Assembly: GCA_965208675.1 (NCBI GenBank)
Contig: OZ242351.1
Coordinates: 1,344,001 to 1,408,000 of the forward strand
Length of the DNA stretch: 64,000 bases
Source of the DNA: Candidatus Poribacteria bacterium
GTDB lineage: Bacteria > Poribacteria > WGA-4E > PCPOR2b
Direction of reading: 5' to 3'
The translations under genes were made by a program, and so were the position numbers. Positions within the stretch are counted from its first letter, which is position 1, and every line of letters begins with the position of its first letter. Shown here piece after piece: positions 40,651 to 51,000 of this stretch. The notes below the pieces were generated by a model that was given only the letters and a program-made list of their open reading frames with translations, had not been told where the DNA came from and did not search any database.

Positions 40651-41460
40651 ATGACCCCAGAACAAGAGAAGGTGCACTTTCACACGTTCGGCTTCATTAT
40701 CAAGCGGAGCTTGTTCAGTGCGGAAGAGATGGAGCAGTTTTCCCGCTGGTTTGATGAAGGCTGCGACGCGGTGTGCGGACCGTTCGCAGGCGTTGGGCAG
40801 ATGGGATATCCCGGACTGAGCATTCACGCGGGATTCTGCGATCATTTCCTTGATGACCTCCGTATTATGGACAGGCTGGAAAACTTGATGGGCGAAGGGT
40901 TCCAACTCATTGCCTCAGACGCGCAGCGCCACGGCGGGAATTCGAGTTGGCACCAGGACACGGTCATCCCGATGGAAGCCGGTAAGCCGACTGAATACTT
41001 GATGCTCAAGGTGATTATGTATCTGGACGATCACAGCCAGGGTCCGGGTTGTCTCTGGCTGCTCCCGGGAACACACCGCAGGGGCTACGGCGATGCGCTG
41101 CGCGGGTTGATTACGATGGGTAATCCGAGCGACGCAGACACTTTAACGCCGGCGGGCGTGCCGCCCACGGACCTCCCCGGCGCCATCGCCACGAACACGC
41201 GCCCGGGTGACATCATCTTTTTCAACCAGAAACTTGGCCACTCCTCATGGGGCGGAATGCCAGGACGCCGATTCTTGGGGCTGACCTTCGGTGCAAAGCC
41301 GATTGAGGATTGGCAGGTTGATTGGCTCGTACATCACGGTGAACAATGGAAACATAGCTGCGCCAACGAAAGGAATTCACAGTTTCCGGATCACTTGGTA
41401 AAGTCGGCGGGAGCGCGCCGCAGAGCACTAATCGAGTTTATGCACAGCCGGGGGTATTGA
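40651..41460 (+). CDS. Phytanoyl-CoA dioxygenase (PhyH) family protein
   Basis: 'MTPEQE..HFHTFGF', HxD 'WHQD', 'LWLLPGTH', distal His 'FNQKLGH'. Confidence 0.88.
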   Translation: MTPEQEKVHFHTFGFIIKRSLFSAEEMEQFSRWFDEGCDAVCGPFAGVGQMGYPGLSIHAGFCDHFLDDLRIMDRLENLMGEGFQLIASDAQRHGGNSSWHQDTVIPMEAGKPTEYLMLKVIMYLDDHSQGPGCLWLLPGTHRRGYGDALRGLITMGNPSDADTLTPAGVPPTDLPGAIATNTRPGDIIFFNQKLGHSSWGGMPGRRFLGLTFGAKPIEDWQVDWLVHHGEQWKHSCANERNSQFPDHLVKSAGARRRALIEFMHSRGY

Positions 41461-41488
41461 GCGCGTCACCGGGATAAAGTGTTACAAC

Positions 41489-42268
41489 ATGACAAATAAC
41501 GATATCCCCATCAGTGATTGGCAGATTGTGCAGTACCGGCAACAAGGGTACTTCACCGTTGACGGGCTATTCACGGCTGGCGAAGTCGAATCCGTGCGAA
41601 GCGAAATTACCAAAATTGTACGGCGTTATCCGAATGGCCCCGCGGGGCTGGTGGAATTTGAGCCGTCAGTTGAGAGCGGCGAAAATGCGCCTGAAGAGGT
41701 TGAATTAAGGGTTCGAAAACTCTCCAACGTGGTACGACACAACATCTTCTTCCGAAAGCTAGCCTTCCATCCAATGATGGCAGCGGTTGCGACGGCGCTG
41801 TTGGGGCCCGACGTTGTTCTACTGCAAAGCATCATGTTGCTAAAACCGCCGCACATTGGCAGCGCAAAGGTTTGGCACCAGGACAACGCATATTTTCGAC
41901 GCGATCCAAACCATATTGCCGGCTTCTGGGTTGCTTGCGATGATGCCACAGTCGAGAACGGCTGCATGCACGTTATCCCCGGTTCGCACACACGCGGAAT
42001 CCTGGAACATGGGGGTTTCAAGAATGAATACGGCACGCTAAAAGCGCCGTCGTTTGAAGAAGCCGTAGCAGTTCCGTTGAAGGCGGGCGATGCGTTGATA
42101 TTTCACGGCGAGTTGTTGCACGGGTCGCCGCCAAATAATACCGCTGCGCGTCGGCGTTCGATGCAATACCATTACGCATCAAGCAAATGCCGCAGATCCA
42201 AAGGGTGGGAATTGTACAAAGTAAAACCCGAGGCACACGTTGCCGGGCGGGATTACGGTTATGCTTGA
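41489..42268 (+). CDS. Phytanoyl-CoA dioxygenase (PhyH) family protein
   Basis: 'WHQDNAY', 'DDATVENGCMHVIPGSH', 'LLHGSPPN....RR'. Confidence 0.92.
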   Translation: MTNNDIPISDWQIVQYRQQGYFTVDGLFTAGEVESVRSEITKIVRRYPNGPAGLVEFEPSVESGENAPEEVELRVRKLSNVVRHNIFFRKLAFHPMMAAVATALLGPDVVLLQSIMLLKPPHIGSAKVWHQDNAYFRRDPNHIAGFWVACDDATVENGCMHVIPGSHTRGILEHGGFKNEYGTLKAPSFEEAVAVPLKAGDALIFHGELLHGSPPNNTAARRRSMQYHYASSKCRRSKGWELYKVKPEAHVAGRDYGYA

Positions 42269-42499
42269 GCCCGGGTGGTCCCGTCCGTTGACCAACCGCG
42301 GGCAGTGAACTCCTACTATACAGATACCATTGGGAAAAGCGGGTAGGGGAACCCAACCCCAACGATTGGTCATTTGGTTGGAGTTGCTCCGATTGTGTTT
42401 ATTGCCTCCTCTAACTACACCTTGGTTAGGGGTAGGATACAGAAGGCGGCAACCTATTATGATTACCTGTCAATGCAACAGAATATTGGAGAAATGCGT

Positions 42500-42853
42500 A
42501 TGAAACGCTATGCACAGACTGTTCTGCTGAAGGATGACACGAAAATCATCAGGCAGTACGAAGAATACCATGCCAATCCGTTTCCAGAGGTAATAAGCGG
42601 CGTCCAGCACTGCGGCGTATTGCGGCTTTTTATTTACCGCTATGGGCGGCAACTCTTTATGTTCATGGAGGCTGAAGACGACTTCGACTTGGAACGAGAT
42701 ATGCCAAAATACATGGCTCACCCTAGAGCTAGAGAATGGGACACGCTGATGCGCACTTTCCAAGAGACAGTTCCGGGGGCGCCGGAAGGTTCGACTTGGG
42801 TAGAGATGAAAGAGGTTTTCGCCTATGACGGCGAACTCATTCCGATATCTTAG
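42500..42853 (+). CDS. L-rhamnose/L-fucose mutarotase family protein
   Basis: 'YEEYHA..FPEV', 'IYRYGRQLFMFME', 'REWDTLMRTFQ', 'WVEMKEVF'. SD GGAG supports ATG 42500 rather than 42374. Confidence 0.88.
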   Translation: MKRYAQTVLLKDDTKIIRQYEEYHANPFPEVISGVQHCGVLRLFIYRYGRQLFMFMEAEDDFDLERDMPKYMAHPRAREWDTLMRTFQETVPGAPEGSTWVEMKEVFAYDGELIPIS

Positions 42854-42926
42854 CTGAATCTCGAGGAAACCTAAGCGAGTCGGTAACGCGAAGTAATGCG
42901 ATTTCGAATCAACCGGAGGTAACGAT

Positions 42927-43790
42927 GTGGCTCCTAACGTAATGCCAATTCCGCAAGATTTTACCAAGGTGACGCTAATCACTGGCGGCAGCAAGGGTAT
43001 CGGGTCCGGCTGCGCGCGGGTCTTTGTCGAAGCTGGCGCACCGGTCGTCATCTGCGCAAGAGGCAGTGAAGTCGGCGAAGCATTGGCCGCAGATCTAAAC
43101 TCACAAGGACCTGGCGAATGCCATTTTCGGCAGTGCGATGTATCCGTACCAGAAGACATTTATCGAGTCATAGACTGGACTGTTGACAGGTATGGACGCT
43201 TGGACTGTCTGATTAATAACGCCGGTATGCATCCGCCGCATAAAGCGATAGATGAATTTTCGGTCGAAGATTTTAAGCAATTGTTGGACCTGAACTTGGT
43301 CAGCTATTTTGCTGCGTCCAAGTACGCCCTGCCGCATCTGAGAGAGGTTCGCGGCAGCATCATCAATATGGGAAGCTTGGTCGGAACTATGGGGCAGCAG
43401 TTGGCGACTATCTATTGCGCGACCAAGGGCGGCATCAGTGCGTTCACCAAAGCGCTTGCTATTGAGGAAGCGCGACACGGCGTACGTGTAAACGCGGTGC
43501 TGCCGGGTAACATCTTGTCCAACAGCCGTGTCGAGGGGGTGGCTCAATCGGAGAACCCTGAAGAACTCAATAAGCTGGTGGATAGCTGGCAGTGGTCGGG
43601 GCGCAGCGGTTCTAATGAGGAAGCCGGTTATGTCTGTCTGTTTCTGGCGAGCGATTGGGCCAGTTATGTCACCGGTATTGACCTAATTATCAGCGGCGGA
43701 TCGGAACTGGGTTACGGGGTCAAAGCGCCGTGGAATATAGGGTTGGATTTGGTAAAATCACAGTATCCCGATCCGGTTAATCCGCTGTGA
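42927..43790 (+). CDS. SDR oxidoreductase, HSD17B14-like (probable L-fucose/6-deoxyhexose dehydrogenase)
   Basis: 'TGGSKGIG', 'NNAGMHPP', YxxxK 'YCATK', 'PGNI', C-terminal 'GGSELGYGVKA'. Confidence 0.85.
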   Translation: MAPNVMPIPQDFTKVTLITGGSKGIGSGCARVFVEAGAPVVICARGSEVGEALAADLNSQGPGECHFRQCDVSVPEDIYRVIDWTVDRYGRLDCLINNAGMHPPHKAIDEFSVEDFKQLLDLNLVSYFAASKYALPHLREVRGSIINMGSLVGTMGQQLATIYCATKGGISAFTKALAIEEARHGVRVNAVLPGNILSNSRVEGVAQSENPEELNKLVDSWQWSGRSGSNEEAGYVCLFLASDWASYVTGIDLIISGGSELGYGVKAPWNIGLDLVKSQYPDPVNPL

Positions 43791-43993
43791 ATCGGGTCAT
43801 AATTACGTTAGTAACAACCGCCACTTGACGATTGTGCACATTTCCCTCATTAAATGTGGTAAGTTTGATTTCCTAATTGAACCGGACTCATACAGTCTGT
43901 AGATACGGCTATAATCCGCACTTACCGAATCATGAGTAAAAATGAATCAAATGGACTATAATATGTGGCAAAATGAAATCAGGAGAAGTTTTT

Positions 43994-44776
43994 ATGGGTC
44001 AAGCAATTAACAAGTTTCGAGAGAAACTCAAATCGGGAACCGTCTGCCTGGGGCCGGGCATAACGCTAACAGATCCGCTCGTTACCGATGCATTGGGCGA
44101 CTCGGTAGATTTTTTTTGGGTCGACTTAGAACATAGTTTAATGAGTCCTGAAGCGCTCAACGGACACCTTTTGTCGGCGCGTGCTAGGGAAGTCGCTTCT
44201 CTAGTACGTGTGAGCGGCAGCGCAACACCGTTTATCAAGCCGGTGCTAGATGCGGGCGCGGACGGGATAGTTGTGCCGCAGGTTCAGAGTGCGGAAGAGG
44301 TGCGACAAGTTATCCGCGATTGCCACTATCCTCCGCTAGGCACCCGCGGCTTCGGTCCGCGAGTGCCGTCCAATTACGGCCGCGAGGGCGGGAGTGAATA
44401 CGTTGACCGCGCCAATGCAGACATCTTTGTTGCTGTGCAGATTGAAACTATGGGCGCGTTGGAAGCTATCGACGAGATCGTAGCCATACCGGGTATAGAT
44501 TCTTTGGTCATTGGTCCCCAGGACCTTTCGGGGGCGTTAGGACTGCTCGGCGATGTCGAACATCCCAAAGTCGTCGCCGCCATTGAAACGATAGTCAAGA
44601 AGGCGCGCGATGCCGGACTGTTTGTCGGCGCAGGGATGGGAACAGACCCAGACTACGCTTACATTATGGCGAAACGCGGCGTACAATGGCTTCAGATAGG
44701 CGGCGACTTTGGATACCTTATTGCATACATGGACGAACTCAATTTGTCAGTGCGAAGCAGGATAGAGAACGCATAA
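43994..44776 (+). CDS. HpcH/HpaI-family class II aldolase (2-keto-3-deoxy sugar-acid aldolase-like)
   Basis: 'WVDLEHS', 'LDAGADGIVVP', 'YPPLGTRG', 'VQIET', 'IGPQDLS'; SD AGGAG before ATG 43994. Confidence 0.92.
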   Translation: MGQAINKFREKLKSGTVCLGPGITLTDPLVTDALGDSVDFFWVDLEHSLMSPEALNGHLLSARAREVASLVRVSGSATPFIKPVLDAGADGIVVPQVQSAEEVRQVIRDCHYPPLGTRGFGPRVPSNYGREGGSEYVDRANADIFVAVQIETMGALEAIDEIVAIPGIDSLVIGPQDLSGALGLLGDVEHPKVVAAIETIVKKARDAGLFVGAGMGTDPDYAYIMAKRGVQWLQIGGDFGYLIAYMDELNLSVRSRIENA

Positions 44777-44803
44777 GATAATCGGTACGGGAGGTATAGC
44801 ACT

Positions 44804-45727
44804 ATGCTGATTGACGCACATGCGCACATTTTCCCCGAGGTGAACGGGATGAATGCGGCGGGCCCCACGCGCGGCTTAGGTTACGGGCGTGTCACAATCG
44901 GGGATCAACCGCTTCAACTATTTCCGCCCAACGGCGCGAAAACTGAAGTCACTCCCGAAATGCTTTTGGCATATATGGATTGGGGCGGAGTTGACAAGAC
45001 GATGCTGCTTCAGGGTCCGTTTTACGGTGAGTGCGACCAATACGTCCTTGACGCCATGAACAGTTATCCGGACCGCTTTATGGGCGCTGCCTACCTCGAT
45101 CCTTGGGCGTCGGATTGCCGTGAGGCATTGGACAGAATTGCCGCGTCAGCGGGTTTCCGCGCCGTAAAAATGGAGTGTTCTGAAGCTTCAGGCCTGTGCG
45201 GGATTCACCCCGAAGGAAGGCTGGATTCGCCTGATATCGAATGGATTTGGGATGACCTTGAGCGCCGCAATTGGGTACTTGTTTTCGATCTGGGCGCGGT
45301 AGGCAGCCGTTCTTATCAGACTAGCGCGGTGCGCGGAATTGCGGAATCGCACCCTAATCTTCGAATTGTAATTGCGCATTTGGGGCAGCCAAACCTAAGA
45401 GTCGAGTCCGACCCGGAACTTTGGGGGTTGTGGCAAGACCAGATAGATTTGGGAACGCTGCCCAACGTATGGTTTGACAATTCCGCAGTGCCAGCTTACC
45501 TCGCGGATGAAGGCTACCCATTCCCGAGCGCGGAGCGGTATATGCGTTTAGCAATTGACCGCTTTGGACCGTCCAAGTTGATGTGGGGTACTGATGTTCC
45601 GGGTTTACTATCTCAAGCGACCTATACGCAGCTCGTGAAGTTGGCCGAACTGCACACGCATTTTCTCTCCGCGGATGAACAAGCCATGGTACTTGGCGGT
45701 ACTGCTTTGCAGGTGTATGGGGGTTGA
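44804..45727 (+). CDS. Amidohydrolase_2 family protein (possible sugar lactonase)
   Basis: 'IDAHAH', 'IVIAHLG', 'LMWGTDVP'. Confidence 0.85.
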   Translation: MLIDAHAHIFPEVNGMNAAGPTRGLGYGRVTIGDQPLQLFPPNGAKTEVTPEMLLAYMDWGGVDKTMLLQGPFYGECDQYVLDAMNSYPDRFMGAAYLDPWASDCREALDRIAASAGFRAVKMECSEASGLCGIHPEGRLDSPDIEWIWDDLERRNWVLVFDLGAVGSRSYQTSAVRGIAESHPNLRIVIAHLGQPNLRVESDPELWGLWQDQIDLGTLPNVWFDNSAVPAYLADEGYPFPSAERYMRLAIDRFGPSKLMWGTDVPGLLSQATYTQLVKLAELHTHFLSADEQAMVLGGTALQVYGG

Positions 45728-46024
45728 GGTAATCTCAAAATAACCGCTTACATCAAAAGACGATCTATCTGGCATTTATACGCATTTGTGGGCTAGTTAT
45801 GATGGTAATTGCGTTGTCCAAATAATTGTGCCGCCAGGTGCAATTGGAGAATCGTTAATTGATGGACAAAACATGACGTATTAGACTAAGGTCATAGTCG
45901 TAACATTTTATACCGGTCAACAACGGTTCAAACTTGTCATTTAACCGGATAAAATTAGGTTTATTGATTGAGGCGTCGTTAGCGAGGTCGCAAAGCATCA
46001 TTGGGACGGGTATCGTCCTGTGTA

Positions 46025-46729
46025 TTAATATGAGGCCTCTTGTACGTGTTGCATGAGTAAATCCAACTTCCGCCGATCTCGCACACCCTTCGCCGATTCG
46101 ACGCCCGAACAGAGATCGATACCAAATGGGCGGACGTTTTCAATCGCGGCCTTGACATTATCAGTGCGAATTCCACCCGCCAAGAACGCTGGAATTTTTG
46201 CATCGCCGATTAGTTGCCTTGCGAGTTTCCAATCGCTAGTTTTGCCGGTACCGCCATATCGAACCCTTCCCTCGCCGAAATCGACCGTGTCGAACAACAG
46301 AGCATCTGCCCCGGCGTCAACGTAAGTTTTTGCTTTAGCATTGATGGTACCAGCATCAAATTCTCTCCCGGCATCTGACGGCAAAAACAGCGATTTCCAG
46401 ACTTCGCACGACAGCACCCGTTTCAATCGCAAGATTTCGCCGGGTGGTTCATCTCCAAGCAGTTGAACCGCAAAAGGATTTATCTTGCTCACCGCTTGTT
46501 GAATCCAATCTACCGGCCGATTATATATCAGCACAACCGTTGAAATTTGGACACAACGTGCAATTTCGGCAGCATGATCGATAGAAACAGACCGATCGGA
46601 GACAGATGCTTCAACTACTATCCCGATGTAATCCGCCTCGGCCTCGGCTGCCATCTGCGCGTCTATATTATTGGTTGTACCGCATATTTTGACCTTGCTG
46701 CGAGTTTTTGTCATACAATTCGTTCGCAC
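46025..46729 (-). CDS. trpF: Phosphoribosylanthranilate isomerase
   Basis: 'VKICGTT', 'YGGTGKTSDW', 'FLAGGIRTDNV', 'IDLCSGVES'. The start may be ATG 46714. Confidence 0.88.
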   Translation of the reverse strand: MRTNCMTKTRSKVKICGTTNNIDAQMAAEAEADYIGIVVEASVSDRSVSIDHAAEIARCVQISTVVLIYNRPVDWIQQAVSKINPFAVQLLGDEPPGEILRLKRVLSCEVWKSLFLPSDAGREFDAGTINAKAKTYVDAGADALLFDTVDFGEGRVRYGGTGKTSDWKLARQLIGDAKIPAFLAGGIRTDNVKAAIENVRPFGIDLCSGVESAKGVRDRRKLDLLMQHVQEASY

Positions 46730-46765
46730 CTAAGAACTAATCCGATAATCATTGATGCACAACCC

Positions 46766-46821
46766 TTCTAATCGAACCAGTATTTACTCAGTTCTTCGGT
46801 GCGGTTGGAAACCGCACCTAC
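46766..46821. repeat. Dispersed REP-like element, copy 2 (GTAG foot)
   Basis: Perfect 9-bp stem GGTGCGGTT-GGA-AACCGCACC ending in CTAC (GTAG on the minus strand); homologous to 37401-37456. Confidence 0.75.
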
Positions 46822-46922
46822 TTGGACTTGGCTTCTGCGCACACCGAATCATGAATGTCGCACCTGCCGAAACTTGTGAATACATGAATTGTAGGTTAAG
46901 GGTTAAAGCAAAGGATTTTTGA

Positions 46923-47672
46923 TTACAAATTAAGCACATCGCGCATGTATCGACAGCTCATGGTGATACTCTCATTTGGCGCTTTGTCAGTCCGATCTTG
47001 CTCGACCATCAGCCACTCAACGTCAATGTCGTCGACTGCCCGCATAATTGCCCCCCAGTCGAGAATACCGTGACCAACTTCTCCGAAAGAGCCGTCGGGG
47101 TTCATATCTTTGAAGTGAAGGTATGCAACTCTATTCGCATAACGCTTTAAAAACTCCGCAGGATCATCACCGCCGCTTTTTACCCAGTATGTGTCGACAC
47201 AGGCATGAACATATTGGGGATCGGTTGATTCATACAGCTTCACAATTCCGGTGGTGCCGCCAAAATCCTTAAATTCCCAATTGTGATTGTGGTAGCAAAG
47301 TTTTACTCCCGCGTTGTTGCAGCGGCGTCCAACCTCGTTGAAGATTTCAGCGGCACGTTCATAGTCTTCAAGCGAATCGTTTCCACCCACGCCGGAAACC
47401 ATGAGGTGGCCGCACGCCGCCGCCTCAGCGGATTTAATCATGCCGTCAAAATGCTTAAGGCTGCCGTAACCGGTGTGAACGCCGGCGGTCACTAAATTGT
47501 GGGACGTTAGCAGGTCATTCACTTCCTCAATTGACCGTCCTCCTGCAGTCGGGTCTCCAGTTTCTATACCATCGTAGCCGGCGGCGGAAATTTCGGCGAG
47601 GACGCCGGGAAGATCGTTACTTGGGCGATCGCCGTAGATAATGAAATGACAACCCACTTTGTACTTGCTCAT
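46923..47672 (-). CDS. Sugar phosphate isomerase/epimerase (xylose-isomerase-like TIM barrel, IolE-like)
   Basis: 'AGYDGIE', 'YHNHNWEF', 'DTYW', 'LHFKD', 'VEQD'. Confidence 0.9.
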   Translation of the reverse strand: MSKYKVGCHFIIYGDRPSNDLPGVLAEISAAGYDGIETGDPTAGGRSIEEVNDLLTSHNLVTAGVHTGYGSLKHFDGMIKSAEAAACGHLMVSGVGGNDSLEDYERAAEIFNEVGRRCNNAGVKLCYHNHNWEFKDFGGTTGIVKLYESTDPQYVHACVDTYWVKSGGDDPAEFLKRYANRVAYLHFKDMNPDGSFGEVGHGILDWGAIMRAVDDIDVEWLMVEQDRTDKAPNESITMSCRYMRDVLNL

Positions 47673-47951
47673 ACCACTCCTCCTTATATTCCTCGGAAAT
47701 TCGCAGAAATTGTACTTTTTAATACTTCAATTAGATGAATGTGCTCTAAACTCAAAGTGTGAAAATTTGGGATGCCCTGCAAATTTTGCACATCAACACA
47801 CCTCCGGTTACGTCATACTTTGCCCCCGCTATTAAATGTTCAATCTTCTTGTAAAACAGTAAATTACTACGGCTGAATTATTTACTCAAGTAAGATACCA
47901 TTTCAATATGCAAATCCGCAAGAGATTTATGAGATTGCTAGTTTTTGTGGC

Positions 47952-47980
47952 TTGACAAGATTTCTTGACTGTGATAGAAT
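47952..47980 (+). promoter_or_regulatory. Near-consensus sigma70 promoter upstream of the 48098-60166 operon
   Basis: TTGACA-17 bp-TAGAAT with a TGn extension. Confidence 0.75.
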
Positions 47981-48097
47981 CTCAAAGATTTTCATAAAGT
48001 TGCGAGAAACTGCCCCAAAATTGTACCGTCCCCAAAAACATCATTCGACCTATCTTCGCCTTGTGTAAACAAGGAGACAATCAACGGAGAACAAAAC

Positions 48098-51000
48098 ATG
48101 ACTGCGAGAAACTCGTTCGTCTGTGTTATAGCATTTTTCCTGCTCACGTTGATATCCACACAGATGCTCTTGGCATCCGAAGGAGACCAATCCATCGGCC
48201 TTTCAGAAATTGCCGTTGAGATTAGGGATCGGGTGGATATCGGCAGTATGCGAAAGGACATCGCACGGCTTTCTAGCCTATCGAGCCGCGTGACGGGTTA
48301 TCCCGAAGCGGCTTCTGCCAGCAAATACATCTTCGACCGGTTTGTTGAAATTGGCTTGCAAAATGTGGAAAGCCGTGAATTCCCAATCACAGTTCCGATC
48401 GACCAAGGCGACGGTACGCTGGCGGTGCTTGATGCAGACGGAAAGGCGGTCGTGACAATCGAAATGCGATCAGTTTGGCCAAACCTCGTCCGGACCTCAC
48501 TGCTTCCCATTGGAATTAAACATGTGGTTGAAGGCGGAGAATCTTTAGAGGCAATTGCTCAATCCTACCGCGTTGACGTTCAATCCATTCTTGATGACCC
48601 ACACAATAAGTTTCTCCAAGATCAGGCGACCGATGGGCGGGACAACAACGGTGATGGAGCGGTCGATGAACCCGGGGAATTCGCGTTGATTGACGGAAAT
48701 ACAGTTTTTATACCGACCGGCGGATTAACCGCGCCGCTTTTTTACGGCGGCGGCGGCGAACTAGTTGACTTCAACGGAAAAGACATCGGCGGTTTTTGGT
48801 ACGAGGTTCAGCCCGGTGATACACTGCGAGACATTGCTCATCGCTTTCGTATCGGAGTAGGCAGCATCACCGATGATGTGCTTAACGGCCATCTTCAAAA
48901 AACCGAGGATGGTATTGATAACAACGAGGATGGCCGAATTGATGAATACGGTGAAATTCCTCTCCTCGCCGATATATTACATTGGGATACAGACGGCATT
49001 GATAACGACGCGGACGGCTTTATTGATGAGCATCCCGGCGGAGAAACGGACGGAATTGACAACAACAACGACGGCCGTGTTGACGAGGAGGGCGAGTTCA
49101 TCGCTGCTTACGAATCAAGCATATTTATACCTCGCGGCAGCGTAGTATTAATTGATTTCAACTCCAGTACCAAATGGATAAACGCAGCAATGCTCGGCGC
49201 GAAGGCTGTGGTTTTTATTGAACCGGAAACCACAATTCGCGGGGAGGCAGAGAATAAGTTCCTGACAGTCCCTGCCAACATACCGCGGTTTTGGATTTCT
49301 CGGGCAGATGCTGACACGCTGTTGGCGATGCTTGGTGAATCTTCTGACCTTACATCCTCCACCGACGAACAACAAAGGGAGGTCACGGTCCGCCTCAGCG
49401 CAACGATGACGTGGGAACGACGAATTGGGCAGAATATCCGCGGTTTCCTTGATGGCGGCGACCCAGCACTCAAGGACGAACTTGTCGTAATCACGGGGTA
49501 TTACGACTCGATGTCGGTTGTTCCTGCGATTGCGCCAGGAGCTGATCCGACTGGTGGAATTGCTGCGCTTTTCGAACTGGCGCGCATATTTAGCAAAGCA
49601 GAATTCCGGCCGGGGCGTTCGATTCTGTTCGTTGCTACAGACGCTCATTTTCAGGGGCTGGCGGGAATGCGAGCGTTCATGGAGGGGATTGGCCAAGATG
49701 TCGTGGGGCGGGAAGCTGATTCACCCGGAACGCCAACAATGCGCGGACTGCGACGAGGTTTAGCAGCAGATCTGTTTGAATTCAAAGAACTTGGCCGCAA
49801 ACTGCTGCTGTCGATTGATCGGAACGTATTGGTGGATTTGCCTCCGAATTTCTTTTACGAAGTCCATCAGCTTGACGACGCCCTCGATTCGCTCCAAATT
49901 ACATTAGGTGATCTTGAGGGGACTCGTGGCCGCGTCGAATGGCTAAGGAACGCTCAACGGGATTATAAAGAGAAACAGAAGAAGAAGCTTGAAACCACTA
50001 AAAAGCGCGAAAAGCAGGGGTTTACCCAAGAGGAGCATTCCCGCCTCGAAATTAACTTGGCTAAGTACAAAAAAGATGCTTTACAGACTACCCAATTTTT
50101 GCGATCGGTGGTCAGACGTGTGGATAATTTACGATCCCAAGCGCTGGAAGAGTCTCGAAAGGCACAGCGGGATCTGATTGAGAATATCGCGTTGCCCATG
50201 GCGCGGCTTGATGAGTGGGCGATTACGAAACTGGCGGCTGATCTGGCGGCGAAAAACATTGGCGGCAACTACGATCGAACGGCCGACAGTTCCTACCTGA
50301 AACCGAATGCGGACCAAGACGGAAACTACTACCTCCCGGTGCCATCCGACTTGATTGACACGCCATTGGCTAAAGCAGTGAATCGGCTTTCCGACCATTT
50401 AGAGGATTGGGAACTCAAAGACCGCCGAAAGTTTGCACTTCAATATGCTCAAGAACAACTCCTGGATCGGCACCTCGATTTTCACGGCTTAGAACAGATA
50501 AAAGAATCCCGGGAAATTGTACATCGCGCGACTAGAGCTTTAGGTGAATACATTGCAGAAGAGGAACAGGTCTTAAACCGCACGCTTCAAAAGATTCCTA
50601 CCGACACAGACTCCGAGTCACGCATCAAAACCGCCATTAACGGTTTACGAAGGGATGCTGCTTACGCGCCCGAGGATATTGACACGATTGTCGGCCCATT
50701 CCTTGGTGAATCCAGTCTGAACCGCTACAAGGTCATTCAAAAACAGCTTCGCCAAAAATTGGCGGAAATCGAGAGCACCGACGCCGGCGCGGTGGATCGA
50801 GAATCTCACGCCATATTCATTGAAGAACTGACTAAAGATAAACAAGCCATCTTCGAAACCGCCATGCGAAATGCCAGGCTTGAAAGGCAGCGTATCGAAT
50901 CGCTTTTGGAATTGCAACGCCACGCGTCGTTGAACCGGCCGTATCTTGAGGAAGAATTATTGGTGTTGAGCCACTACCTACCAGCCGACGAAGTTGACAC

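Noticed and set aside
42470-43159. 229-aa minus-strand ORF
   Set aside because: Antisense shadow of the mutarotase and SDR genes, which have strong family motifs.
48632-49087. Repeated DNA as a CRISPR array
   Set aside because: The repeats are in-frame, vary at synonymous positions and encode protein motifs; spacing is irregular and there are no cas genes.
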